DNA of 64,000 bases, taken from IMG/VR virus record IMGVR_UViG_3300025689_000508, positions 111-64,110 of that record, one strand, 5' to 3'. This DNA comes from a virus. Positions within the stretch are counted from its first letter, which is position 1; the number at the start of each line of letters is the position of its first letter. A model generated the notes under the pieces. The model had not been told where the DNA came from. It searched no databases and saw only the letters and a program-made list of their open reading frames with translations. Both the position numbers and the translations under genes were made by a program. Shown here one piece after another: positions 55,171 through 64,000 of this stretch.

Positions 55171-56760
55171 TTATTTTGATTGTTTTTTAGCAAGATATGC
55201 TTGTGCTTTTTTCAAAAGCGGAGTTACTTTACCCTTAGCATTCAAACGATCAACCACTTCACGAAGTTCAGAAAGAGCCCCCGCTTCATTTGTCTGGGGA
55301 ATTTTATTCAATCCATGAGAATCTTTTGGATCATCACATCCACATGTAGAACATTCCTTGACATTGGCAAGTTTCATGAACCTCTCTTTGAGTTGTTCTG
55401 GAAAAGTATCATCATTTTTACTTGGTGTCACACAGGAAGGACAAATACCTTCGCCCCCTTTAGGAGTAAATTTTGCTCCGCATACTTTACAATTACGAGG
55501 TACTGTATCTTTCCGAATCTTTGTCGATTGACGAGATGCTTTCCATTGTTGTTTTAAGGTATCTATATCCGGAAGAAGCAAGTTTTCTCCTCGACTACGA
55601 GCTTGAGATAGAGCTTCATTGGCGTGTTTCAAAATAAATTCAAACATCTTTGGGGTTTGATTTTCCATATCCTTCATGCTCAACCCCTCCAATCCGGCAA
55701 GAGACCATATATCCATACGTCCAGCGAAAGTGTCGAACGTAGATGCATTACAAAGTTCAACCAATGTATCCCAATCGATAACTTCCGAGCCAGTCTCGGC
55801 TTCTTTCATCTCTACAGGTTTGTCGGTTGTCTTTGGTTTTTCTTTGGATAACCATTGAGCGTCTGTAGTTTGTTTTGTTTTTGGATTAAAATACTTTACA
55901 TCACGAACTTTCCAACCTTTCGGAATTTCACCTTCCTTAATATCAATGCTTACATCCTCACCCTCACCCTCACCCTCACCCTCTTTTTTGTCTTCTTCGT
56001 CATCCATTTCAATTCCCCACGGACATTTCTTGAGTTCCTTTTCGGCTTCTGGCTGAGTTTCCAGATCAACAGGTCCACCTCCACCTGCGGCAGACGGAAT
56101 ATCATCACCCCGACGAGTTGTACCATCATCTTCAAAAGGTTTATTTCCCAGTTTTTGAACTTGCATTGGATGTTCAGTTGCATCTCCCTTAATGCTGATT
56201 TCTGGACCAGCACCTTTGGTAATTTTTTCATTGTCTGGAGTAAAATGACCACCATCGGCCTTGATCTGATCAGAAGACGGAGTATTAGCAATCGTACCTT
56301 GGGAATTTGGTTTGAGGTTCTTTACTAGTTCAAAACCACCTAAACGAGCTTTTTCTGGATCATCTACAATACCACCAGCGGGAAGCAAACCCGTTTTGGT
56401 GCCTCGTACACCAATAGCAATTACAGGCATTAAACCACGGGCGGTAGGAGAAATTAGATTGGTAAGCTGAGGAATAGCAGGTTTTTCCGGCGTTGCTTTT
56501 GGAATTTCACCATCAGACAACTCATCAGCCATACCAGCTTGTTTCAAGTGAGAATAATAGTGCGGGTCTTCGGCGAGATGGTCCATCGCAATTTCTTTGG
56601 CCAAGTCGGCATCATGCGTATGCTCCATCTCCACTTTAATACCTTTTTCGAGTTCTTCTTGGTCGATTTGAGAGGGTGATAGTTCATCGCCTTTTCCTCC
56701 TGCCATAAGGTCTTCTTTAAGACCTAACGATTTCAAAAAATAGCTTTTGTAATTACTCAT
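55171..56760 (-). CDS. DUF5661-like protein with low-complexity linker and C-terminal zinc finger
   Basis: ELEKGIKVEMEHT...AKEIAMDHLAEDPHYY; CKVCG...CPSC. Confidence 0.75.
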   Translation of the reverse strand: MSNYKSYFLKSLGLKEDLMAGGKGDELSPSQIDQEELEKGIKVEMEHTHDADLAKEIAMDHLAEDPHYYSHLKQAGMADELSDGEIPKATPEKPAIPQLTNLISPTARGLMPVIAIGVRGTKTGLLPAGGIVDDPEKARLGGFELVKNLKPNSQGTIANTPSSDQIKADGGHFTPDNEKITKGAGPEISIKGDATEHPMQVQKLGNKPFEDDGTTRRGDDIPSAAGGGGPVDLETQPEAEKELKKCPWGIEMDDEEDKKEGEGEGEGEDVSIDIKEGEIPKGWKVRDVKYFNPKTKQTTDAQWLSKEKPKTTDKPVEMKEAETGSEVIDWDTLVELCNASTFDTFAGRMDIWSLAGLEGLSMKDMENQTPKMFEFILKHANEALSQARSRGENLLLPDIDTLKQQWKASRQSTKIRKDTVPRNCKVCGAKFTPKGGEGICPSCVTPSKNDDTFPEQLKERFMKLANVKECSTCGCDDPKDSHGLNKIPQTNEAGALSELREVVDRLNAKGKVTPLLKKAQAYLAKKQSK

Positions 56761-56814
56761 AATAGTCCCGTATGGATATAAATATCAGTTCGGAAGGCAA
56801 AAGGCAAAGGTTTG

Positions 56815-58116
56815 TTAGCTCGCCTTGAAGAACTCCCGTTTTCCAAATTCCCACTTATACCGTTGCAATTTATCTTGTACATCGGGAGGAATTTCTATCT
56901 CAATGAGTATTTTTACCAAATCTATTGGCATTTGATATCTTACAGCATATGGCCACCAATGATACAAGCTATCAATCTTCTTCGCATCCTTAATTTTAAG
57001 TTTGGAACCAGAATAGAAAGTACCCATTTTGACATCGGGGTCAACCAATCCTTTTTTTAAGCAATAATCCCATAAAGCCGTACCCCGATATGGTTGAAAC
57101 ACGGAAATGATGGATTCCGTAGGTTGCATCCTCATATTGAACTCCAGAGTTTCCAAGGCATCTCCAAGCGGATCATCCACAGGTAACCCTATCATGCTCA
57201 ACAATCGAACTTTGAACCCAAGTTCCTTTGCCCATTTTACGGCATTCTCAACATCTTGATTGGTTATGTTTCCACGATTGAGGAACTTTTGGGTCGTTTC
57301 ATTAGCACTTTCGATAGCTAATGTCAAAAACTCACACCCAGAATCCTTCATTTTAGCTAAAATGTCTTTGGTGACAGACGATGCACGAACAAGACCCGAC
57401 CATTCGATTTTTCTCTTCTTGATTTCATCGCAAAACTCATTTAACCAATCTAGATCAGCGGCGATATCATCGTCATTCATAACCGCATGTTCCATTCCAT
57501 ACGTTTTAATAACTCCATCCATCTCCTCCATCAGTCTGCTGACTTTATGCCTGTTCCACATTGATCGTTTTTGGTCGGTATATAATCGTTTGAATCGGTC
57601 GTTGAAACAATATTTGCAACTAAAAAAACAATACCTTCCGGCCATGAACCTCTTCATTCTCGCTTTTCCAAACTCATCGTATCGATATTGAATTGTCCTA
57701 TCGGGAAAAGGAAGTTCGTTGATATTAGGAATGTCTCCACGAATACATTTCGTGTTTACCTGCCCTGCAAGAATTTTATTGATAACCAATTCTCCAGCAC
57801 CTTGAACCACATAATCTACATTTGGATCTTTAATTCCATCGTCTGGAAAAAATGTAGGATGTGGACCACCGATAATGGAAATGAATTTAAACTTTTCTTT
57901 GAGCTGTCGGTTCTTTTCAAACATCCACTCCGATTCACAGGTCATCATAGACCAGCACACTACATCTATTGGATGAGATTTCATGTAGTCTTCCGAAGAT
58001 TCAATATCATCCCAAATAAGGTGTGTTGTGTGTCCTGCTGCTTTCAGTACCGCCGATAAATACATGATGGCAAGCTTATCGGTTCGAAGACTTTTTTCTA
58101 TGAATAGGACATTCAT
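56815..58116 (-). CDS. Cobalamin-binding radical SAM protein (class B methyltransferase-like)
   Basis: B12-binding region IIGGPHPTFFP, GAGE; CFFSCKYC; DDD; AIESAN. Confidence 0.88.
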   Translation of the reverse strand: MNVLFIEKSLRTDKLAIMYLSAVLKAAGHTTHLIWDDIESSEDYMKSHPIDVVCWSMMTCESEWMFEKNRQLKEKFKFISIIGGPHPTFFPDDGIKDPNVDYVVQGAGELVINKILAGQVNTKCIRGDIPNINELPFPDRTIQYRYDEFGKARMKRFMAGRYCFFSCKYCFNDRFKRLYTDQKRSMWNRHKVSRLMEEMDGVIKTYGMEHAVMNDDDIAADLDWLNEFCDEIKKRKIEWSGLVRASSVTKDILAKMKDSGCEFLTLAIESANETTQKFLNRGNITNQDVENAVKWAKELGFKVRLLSMIGLPVDDPLGDALETLEFNMRMQPTESIISVFQPYRGTALWDYCLKKGLVDPDVKMGTFYSGSKLKIKDAKKIDSLYHWWPYAVRYQMPIDLVKILIEIEIPPDVQDKLQRYKWEFGKREFFKAS

Positions 58117-58967
58117 TGTGATAAATATAACAAAATTGAGTTATAACACCCCCGGTAACTGAAATACTGTTGATACACTTTTTTACCGTTTTGGCGATAA
58201 TTTTCAATGTCTTCTGGTGTTTTTGACGACAAAACTTCATCGAGCATCGGAATATCCCGCTCGTGTATCAAAATCCCATAGGTTTCAAAATCAAGGACAT
58301 CGAAAAATGGAATCATCGGGTCATCATAAATGTACACAGGAATGGAATCATTCTGTAATGCCTCACAAATACGGTAGGAAGTCTGTCCATAACCTCTAGG
58401 ACAAAGAGAGAACGTACTGTTTCGCATGGTTTGAATAAAATGAGGATAACTCATATTATTCATTTTCGCTTCTTTTATAATATATTTCGAGTTGCCCTTT
58501 AACGCATCTCTCATTTTGACTCGAATAGGATGACGAACCCCCTCTGCATCTATCGCACCAACAAAACTTGCAAAAATTGTTTTTGGGTAAACTTGTGATG
58601 GGTCTGACTTGGAGGAACAAATCAAGGGCAATGGATAAACTCTTTTTCGATACCGACCATACCCTCCCGCCGCCAAAATAGTAATGTTCAAGTGGGATAA
58701 ATCGTTTAGGATATTATCGTCATGTTGACAAATAGTAAAGTATCTCTTCGACCTATCCAGTTCATTTAAGAATGCTTGAACATCATCATAATTTCCTTTT
58801 ATATCCCGATGACAAATCATAGGAGTCCAGAGAATGGGAAGATACGTCCATTCATCAACAGAAATGAAGCGATCTAAGAAATACTCTTCAAATAGTTCAA
58901 TATTATTAGGAGGATATTGGAACCACATCCTTTTCTGGAACTCTTTTGGGGTTATAACCATATTCAT
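58113..58967 (-). CDS. Exostosin-like (GT47) glycosyltransferase
   Basis: ASFVG, STFSLCPRGYG, RICEALQ..SIPVYI. Confidence 0.8.
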   Translation of the reverse strand: MNMVITPKEFQKRMWFQYPPNNIELFEEYFLDRFISVDEWTYLPILWTPMICHRDIKGNYDDVQAFLNELDRSKRYFTICQHDDNILNDLSHLNITILAAGGYGRYRKRVYPLPLICSSKSDPSQVYPKTIFASFVGAIDAEGVRHPIRVKMRDALKGNSKYIIKEAKMNNMSYPHFIQTMRNSTFSLCPRGYGQTSYRICEALQNDSIPVYIYDDPMIPFFDVLDFETYGILIHERDIPMLDEVLSSKTPEDIENYRQNGKKVYQQYFSYRGCYNSILLYLSQ

Positions 58968-59797
58968 AAATAGATCCATCCGTCATATCGGGGAAAGACA
59001 GTGTTATTATAATTCCCATCTTTGAAGATACTTTTCTTCGTAGGAGAGGTATTGAGAAACATTGGCCAAAGACTAAACGACGTAAAAAATGGAACAATGT
59101 AATGGTCACAAAGAACCATCATACCCATATCAACAACTTCCTCATTATGCTCTATGAAAACATATTCGTCTCCTTGAAATGTTTTTCGGCAGAATTCGTA
59201 TGCTTCCGGATGGGTAAATTCCCCTTTGTTTCCCCCAGAAAACACCAAGAAAACCGCATTTGGAAAGTATGACTTAGCAGCAGCGATGAATTCCATAAGT
59301 GAAGCAACAGAGGGAAATATTTTATCCCATAAAGGTATTGCATCTCCTCGACGAACATGAAGACAAACAAGTTCCCGATTCGGAAAACGAGATTTTATTT
59401 CAGAAATTTTGGCAGAACTCTTTTCCATTATATGCGCTTTCAAAGAACACTCTTTTCTAAGTTCAGAAGCGTAACGCTCAAAATACTTAGGATGTTGAAA
59501 GAAGCCTTTGATGCTGGTAAAATCTTGTATTTCAAAAACCGATTCGTGGTACACAAACTCATTGGCATATGGTTCTTCGTAGTAGTGGCGAATGGATTTT
59601 ACATCTTCATCCGTAAGAATAGAACACGATATATTAAAATTATGAAGCTTATTTGATTGACCCCAACATACTCTTCCTGTTACGTCGGGAATTTTCATCT
59701 CATATCCATTGTACAACGCAACTGACCTCAACGCAGCATATTGAAAGATCTGGTTGGTCATCCTTCCATGAAATCCTAAATCAAGAAATGTAATCAT
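58964..59797 (-). CDS. Alpha-1,2-fucosyltransferase-like (GT11)
   Basis: GRMTNQIFQYA, GFFQ..KYF, LHVRRGD, TSFSLW. Confidence 0.85.
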   Translation of the reverse strand: MITFLDLGFHGRMTNQIFQYAALRSVALYNGYEMKIPDVTGRVCWGQSNKLHNFNISCSILTDEDVKSIRHYYEEPYANEFVYHESVFEIQDFTSIKGFFQHPKYFERYASELRKECSLKAHIMEKSSAKISEIKSRFPNRELVCLHVRRGDAIPLWDKIFPSVASLMEFIAAAKSYFPNAVFLVFSGGNKGEFTHPEAYEFCRKTFQGDEYVFIEHNEEVVDMGMMVLCDHYIVPFFTSFSLWPMFLNTSPTKKSIFKDGNYNNTVFPRYDGWIYL

Positions 59798-59828
59798 TTT
59801 TCTCGAATATGCATATATATACGTAAAT

Positions 59829-60458
59829 ATGAAACTGTTATCGTTTTACACTCCTTCCCATTACAAGTTATTTCACAACTTTTTGTTACCTAGCGTAGCC
59901 ATTTTTCGGGAATTTCAGGTAATACCCATGGAAGGAGAACAGATTGGTTCTGGAGACTGGGGAAACCCAAATTACGGACTCGCTGTTTATAAAAAAATTG
60001 ATGCCATTTTGAGGACCACAGATTGGTCGTCGGAGGAAACAATTTTATATTGCGATGCCGATGTTCTTTTTGTTAAACCAACAAAGGAATTTTTACTTAA
60101 ACAGCTAGGCGGATACGAAATGGCATTTCAATATGATGATGGATATTGCAATACAGGATTTTTTGTTTACCGAACTATTCCCAAAGTAAAGCGATTGCTT
60201 GAACGGACACTTGAGTGTGCTCCGAAAGGAAATGACCAATATGCACTCAATGACATCATACATTCTTCCGGTATCAACTATCGTCTATTCAGTAGTTCGA
60301 TATGGAATATATCATTTCTATGTGGGCAAGAAGTATGGGATGGCACTACACCCATTCCGTTTCCTCCTAAAATGAAAATTTTTCACGCCACTTGGATCGG
60401 TAACTGTGCGCTTAAAGAAAAAGCACTTCAAGCGGCGAAAGACCAATTTTTATCATGA
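59829..60458 (+). CDS. Nucleotide-diphospho-sugar transferase (GT77-like)
   Basis: YCDADV (DxD), CNTGFF, DQYALN, IFHATW. Confidence 0.8.
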   Translation: MKLLSFYTPSHYKLFHNFLLPSVAIFREFQVIPMEGEQIGSGDWGNPNYGLAVYKKIDAILRTTDWSSEETILYCDADVLFVKPTKEFLLKQLGGYEMAFQYDDGYCNTGFFVYRTIPKVKRLLERTLECAPKGNDQYALNDIIHSSGINYRLFSSSIWNISFLCGQEVWDGTTPIPFPPKMKIFHATWIGNCALKEKALQAAKDQFLS

Positions 60459-61135
60459 AAATCCACTCCTTCATCTTTACTTGGAACGATTATTGGCGAA
60501 AAGCGGAACAATACGAGAAAATTCTTTCCCCCCTATCGTTCAAAGTCACCGTAATCAATGGAACACCAACAAGCCATCCTCATTGGATTCATTTGGACGA
60601 TGGTTACTTCACAGAACAATGGAATACTGCATGTGACAATTTCTCTCCGGATGCCGATGTATTGTTTCACATTCAAGCAGATGCCGAATTTTCCGATTTT
60701 GACAAGTTATTCAATCGTGCTTCGGATTTCATTCAGAACCGGAATTGTGGAGTCTATGCTCCCAATATTGACTACACCGCATGGGTTTACTCTCCCGAAG
60801 AACTGGGCGAACAAATATCCCCAAATGTCTATGAAGTACAGGATACCGACGATACGTGCTGGTTTCTTAGAGCATCCATTATTCGAGAGTTTCCACGAGT
60901 TTCGCCTTCCATCAACAAATACGGGTGGTTTATTGACCACGTAGCACATGTTCTCTGTCGCAGACAGGGATTGAGGTATGTCAGGGATTATTCTTTCACT
61001 GTCAAACATCCATACTTCACCGGATACAAACACGAAGAAGCACGAACAGAGTTTGTTAAAACCATCCAACATTTAGGATTACAGGAAGAAGTCATAAAAA
61101 TCATTCCTCGGTGTGCCCATATTTTTACAACTTAA
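60455..61135 (+). CDS. GT-A-fold glycosyltransferase-like protein
   Basis: FHIQADA, GVYAPN, DDTCWFL, GWFID. Confidence 0.55.
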   Translation: MKIHSFIFTWNDYWRKAEQYEKILSPLSFKVTVINGTPTSHPHWIHLDDGYFTEQWNTACDNFSPDADVLFHIQADAEFSDFDKLFNRASDFIQNRNCGVYAPNIDYTAWVYSPEELGEQISPNVYEVQDTDDTCWFLRASIIREFPRVSPSINKYGWFIDHVAHVLCRRQGLRYVRDYSFTVKHPYFTGYKHEEARTEFVKTIQHLGLQEEVIKIIPRCAHIFTT

Positions 61136-62219
61136 AAGATATTGGCGGTGGACCAACTCCACTTAAATCAATAATTTGTACTGGGATAGATACAGTTCCG
61201 GTTTTGGTAATGACACTCTTCAAACAGATACCTAACACCCTATTATCATGATTTTTCTCATCCCTTTCAGAAGGAATGAATCTTATTGCCGTTCTGCCAG
61301 ATATTATAGATGAATGGTTTGTCGGAATGATAATTTCATTGTTTCCAACTTGAAGATGAAACTCGCTTTTCTCATTTCCAACTTCTACGGTGAGTTGATT
61401 TTCAATGGGAGTGCTGCATAGCAAAGTAATAGAGTCAATACTTTCTGGAATACTTATTTGAAATGTATCTTGACTCCAACGCCATACTTCTTCATTATTT
61501 CGTTCTATCGGATACCAACCTTCAAGAAGTTTCAAATCTTTCAAGAGATTTTTCTTACAACCATAAATATCAGTGTCCCAATCATAGACAAGTGAAGTCC
61601 ATACTGAATCCGAAATGTTCAAATAGCTTCGTTGTTCAACAAGGGATGGATCAAAAACATAGTATCGAATTTTTGGAAGAAGCCGATGGACAATAGTTAA
61701 ATCAATGTTAGATTGAAATGGCATCATACAGTTACAAAGCTCTTCTAACACTGATTTTTTAACGAGGTAAGCATGAGTTGCCGTGGGGATACGAATACTC
61801 AATCCTTCGGAAACCATGAGTGGTGGCACATCATTACCATAACGAATCCAACCAACGTATGCCATCTGCCAATCTATTGGAAGTTTCTCATATATGGGAA
61901 AAAACTTCTCTTTGAAATCGGGTTCTATAAGAGCGTCATCTTCGAAAATCAAAAATTCTTCGTCTGGTAGATATTTCAAAACATGCCAGAGAATAAAATG
62001 AGACATGTTGCATCCTAAAGCACGCTCATTGAGCATAACATTTCCACCGGGACATTCGATTGTATTTGGAAACTTAGCTATAAGTCCCATTCGAGTTCCA
62101 AGAATACCATCAAACATAGTGGCTTCTATTCCCGCCTTTTTGGCTGACTCTTGAAAAGCCTTCTTTCTGAGTGGAGTTTCCTTGAGAGTGACACAAAATG
62201 TTCGTGGTAACTTATTCAT
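61125..62219 (-). CDS. GT25 glycosyltransferase with C-terminal beta domain
   Basis: GCNMSHFILW, LIFEDDA, THAYLV; tail WYPIE...WRWS. Confidence 0.82.
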   Translation of the reverse strand: MNKLPRTFCVTLKETPLRKKAFQESAKKAGIEATMFDGILGTRMGLIAKFPNTIECPGGNVMLNERALGCNMSHFILWHVLKYLPDEEFLIFEDDALIEPDFKEKFFPIYEKLPIDWQMAYVGWIRYGNDVPPLMVSEGLSIRIPTATHAYLVKKSVLEELCNCMMPFQSNIDLTIVHRLLPKIRYYVFDPSLVEQRSYLNISDSVWTSLVYDWDTDIYGCKKNLLKDLKLLEGWYPIERNNEEVWRWSQDTFQISIPESIDSITLLCSTPIENQLTVEVGNEKSEFHLQVGNNEIIIPTNHSSIISGRTAIRFIPSERDEKNHDNRVLGICLKSVITKTGTVSIPVQIIDLSGVGPPPISFKL

Positions 62220-62236
62220 AACTGATTGAAAATTCC

Positions 62237-62806
62237 TTAACGATTGTAACGTTGTGCTTTCTTTGCCTTGGTTTCTGCTAAGGCATCTTTGATAGATTGA
62301 GGCGTTTCTGCCTTTTTACTCTTTGCTTCCAACATTTGGTTAAGAAGTTTGATAGTTTCGATTTTTTGAGACTCTGCAACGGATGGTTTTTCGGTGGATT
62401 CTTTCATCATTTCTTTATCGTCTATGTTCAGCATGTTTAGCTTGCCATAGTAATGTGGGTCTTTACGAAGATTGGCAATAACAAGTTCTTTTGCCTTGCC
62501 TTTATCCTTTTTGATCATGTTATGAAGTTCATAATCCAGCCCCGCTTTAACTTCATCCGGAGATGGCGTAACTTCTTTACTATAAATCTGGTCTATTGCC
62601 GCATTGATATCCGTTGGGTGTGCTTGTGCTGCGGTAGCAGTATTGCTATGATTTCCAAGTGACTTTGATTTTACGAATTCATCTGGATTTTGAGACACAT
62701 CTGGGGAAGCAGGAGTACCGAATCCAGTGGAATAGTCCATTGCTCCTGTAGTCCCGGCAATGCCCATGTCAAAGGCATTCTCTTTTTTTGGTGTCTTATC
62801 TTTCAT
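62237..62806 (-). CDS. DUF5661-related protein (start MKDKT inferred)
   Basis: EVKAGLDYEL...AKELVIANLRKDPHYY resembles the DUF5661 core of 55171..56760. Confidence 0.6.
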   Translation of the reverse strand: MKDKTPKKENAFDMGIAGTTGAMDYSTGFGTPASPDVSQNPDEFVKSKSLGNHSNTATAAQAHPTDINAAIDQIYSKEVTPSPDEVKAGLDYELHNMIKKDKGKAKELVIANLRKDPHYYGKLNMLNIDDKEMMKESTEKPSVAESQKIETIKLLNQMLEAKSKKAETPQSIKDALAETKAKKAQRYNR

Positions 62807-62826
62807 GGATATAAATATCTCCTCGC

Positions 62827-63564
62827 TTACCAATCGTTGTTTTTTTCGTATCCCAAGGCAATCAGGGTTTCTCCGAACTTTTCCTTGAAATATTCCTTGT
62901 GTTCCTCGGTGAAGTGAAGTCTCCATTGTCCCGGTTCTCCAGAACGCATATGTGACTTCGGATCAACCTCTCCAAGCTTCCTCCCCGTCTTCGCCGTCAT
63001 ATGATGCCGACGAGATACTTCCATACACTGATCCATCCACTCCGGAACAACTCCCCAATGATGGAAAAGACGAGCAAAAATTTCATCTGGATTCAGAATC
63101 AAATCTTCATATCTAATCTCTAACATCTTGGGATTGTTATAGTTCCATACTCGCATTCGTTCAATAGTTACCGCACCCATGTTCTTCATTTCAAACATCA
63201 TCCCTTCATCTTTTGACATGGAGTTTATTTTTTCCTGATATGTCATCCCCCATTCAGGACGAACTACATGAACCCATGCTTCCTGTGTCCACAAATGATA
63301 AAAGTAACCAGAAACAATGATATCCCGTGGATCACGTATCATATGAGATCCAACATAGTTCTCTCTATCGAAAATTGTTAATGAGTTGTTATCGTATAGA
63401 ACATCGGCATGTTGATAACTCGATAGACGACTATCATCGTCCTCAAAAATTACCATATTTAGCCCACGTTTCATACAAATTTCCTGTAAAACACACGCAA
63501 TCCAAAATGAACCCGCTTTGTGATGAGCACAATGAAGAACTTTGTTGGGATGATTAAACAACAT
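62827..63564 (-). CDS. PAPS-dependent sulfotransferase
   Basis: HHKAGSFWI (5'-PSB loop), IRDPRDIIVSGY (3'-PB), IRYEDL, RSGEPGQWR. Confidence 0.88.
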   Translation of the reverse strand: MLFNHPNKVLHCAHHKAGSFWIACVLQEICMKRGLNMVIFEDDDSRLSSYQHADVLYDNNSLTIFDRENYVGSHMIRDPRDIIVSGYFYHLWTQEAWVHVVRPEWGMTYQEKINSMSKDEGMMFEMKNMGAVTIERMRVWNYNNPKMLEIRYEDLILNPDEIFARLFHHWGVVPEWMDQCMEVSRRHHMTAKTGRKLGEVDPKSHMRSGEPGQWRLHFTEEHKEYFKEKFGETLIALGYEKNNDW

Positions 63565-64000
63565 ACATAGCCATGTTCTTCAAAAGGTAATCTTTAACAT
63601 AATTCTCTGTGCGATACTTATGATTGTTTTCTACACTTTTCAAGTAAAGGGAGTATAGAGAACCCTGATTGTTTCGAAGGTTGTAACGAATAATCTCATA
63701 TGCCTCATCAATTTTGAGTCTATTTCGTTCATCAACGGGAAGAGCAATACAGTTTTTTCCGTTAACCCATGGATAAGAATAATGCAGAAGAGATGGATCG
63801 GCTTTGAAAGCCAAAGTGTCGATTGTCCCTTCGGTGGATCTAAAACACTTCATACCCGCACCATACAAATCCATAGTGGTATAGGTCATGGAATTTTGTG
63901 ATTTGAATGGAACTCTCTCATACCACTCCCTATGATAAACAACAACAATCCGTTTCCTTCCTTGCTTGAGGAACTCTTCTTCGGTTTTCTCTGTTTGAGC
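63554..64000 (-). CDS. C-terminal part of a longer ORF (possibly glycosyltransferase-like), runs off window
   Basis: Frame is open from 64000 through the annotated ATG at 63889. Confidence 0.55.
   Translation of the reverse strand, partial: AQTEKTEEEFLKQGRKRIVVVYHREWYERVPFKSQNSMTYTTMDLYGAGMKCFRSTEGTIDTLAFKADPSLLHYSYPWVNGKNCIALPVDERNRLKIDEAYEIIRYNLRNNQGSLYSLYLKSVENNHKYRTENYVKDYLLKNMAMYVV

Noticed and set aside
55956-55983. (CCCTCA)n telomere-like tandem repeat
   Set aside because: It encodes the EGEGEGE low-complexity stretch of the DUF5661-like protein
165-63557. Numerous other short opposite-strand or off-frame ORFs in the track (e.g. 3471..4049, 30586..31224, 52002..52643)
   Set aside because: They overlap well-supported genes, lack recognisable motifs and break the local strand pattern
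1-64000. Stop-codon reassignment as seen in some jumbo phages
   Set aside because: Conserved genes are full length in the standard code and end in TAA, TAG or TGA; the few breaks are frameshifts, not in-frame stops
1-64000. Eukaryotic giant virus (NCLDV) origin suggested by PARP and glycosyltransferases
   Set aside because: Sigma70-like promoters, intrinsic terminators, overlapping operonic genes, rIIA/rIIB and bacterial enzyme families indicate a bacteriophage

Overview
This is a 64-kb segment of a large tailed dsDNA bacteriophage (jumbo/huge-phage type). It is densely coded in the standard genetic code, with T4-like rIIA/rIIB, sigma70-like promoters and no tRNA, rRNA or Cas genes. The left ~31 kb is mostly on the minus strand and holds the accessory and metabolic genes: an NAD-salvage set (partial pncB at the window edge, pncA, NadM-Nudix) wrapped around a vWA/PP2C/kinase (TerY-P-like) triad; a WGR-PARP with macrodomain and ADP-ribosylglycohydrolase; a CoaD-CoaE fusion; dCMP deaminase, thyA, DHFR, DNA ligase and Thg1. 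The middle holds rIIA/rIIB, an HNH endonuclease, two RNA ligases, a polynucleotide kinase and phosphoesterases. The right holds ClpP, Gmd, an intein-split SF2 helicase, putative head-packaged proteins and a glycosyl/sulfo-transferase cluster. The strongest unexplained signal is at 27.2-29.7 kb: a self-contained cassette (promoter, three tandem ~63-73-nt RNA repeats with a covarying bulged stem, a ~711-aa helical protein with a C-terminal TerD-like domain, terminator) that looks like a Y-RNA/Ro-like ribonucleoprotein module. Other notable signals are a 35-bp repeat/37-bp spacer/35-bp repeat inside rIIB, a second promoter class TA(T/C)TTAT, and several single-base homopolymer frameshifts that are probably sequencing errors. 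All family calls come from reading motifs by eye; no database searches or folding programs were run.
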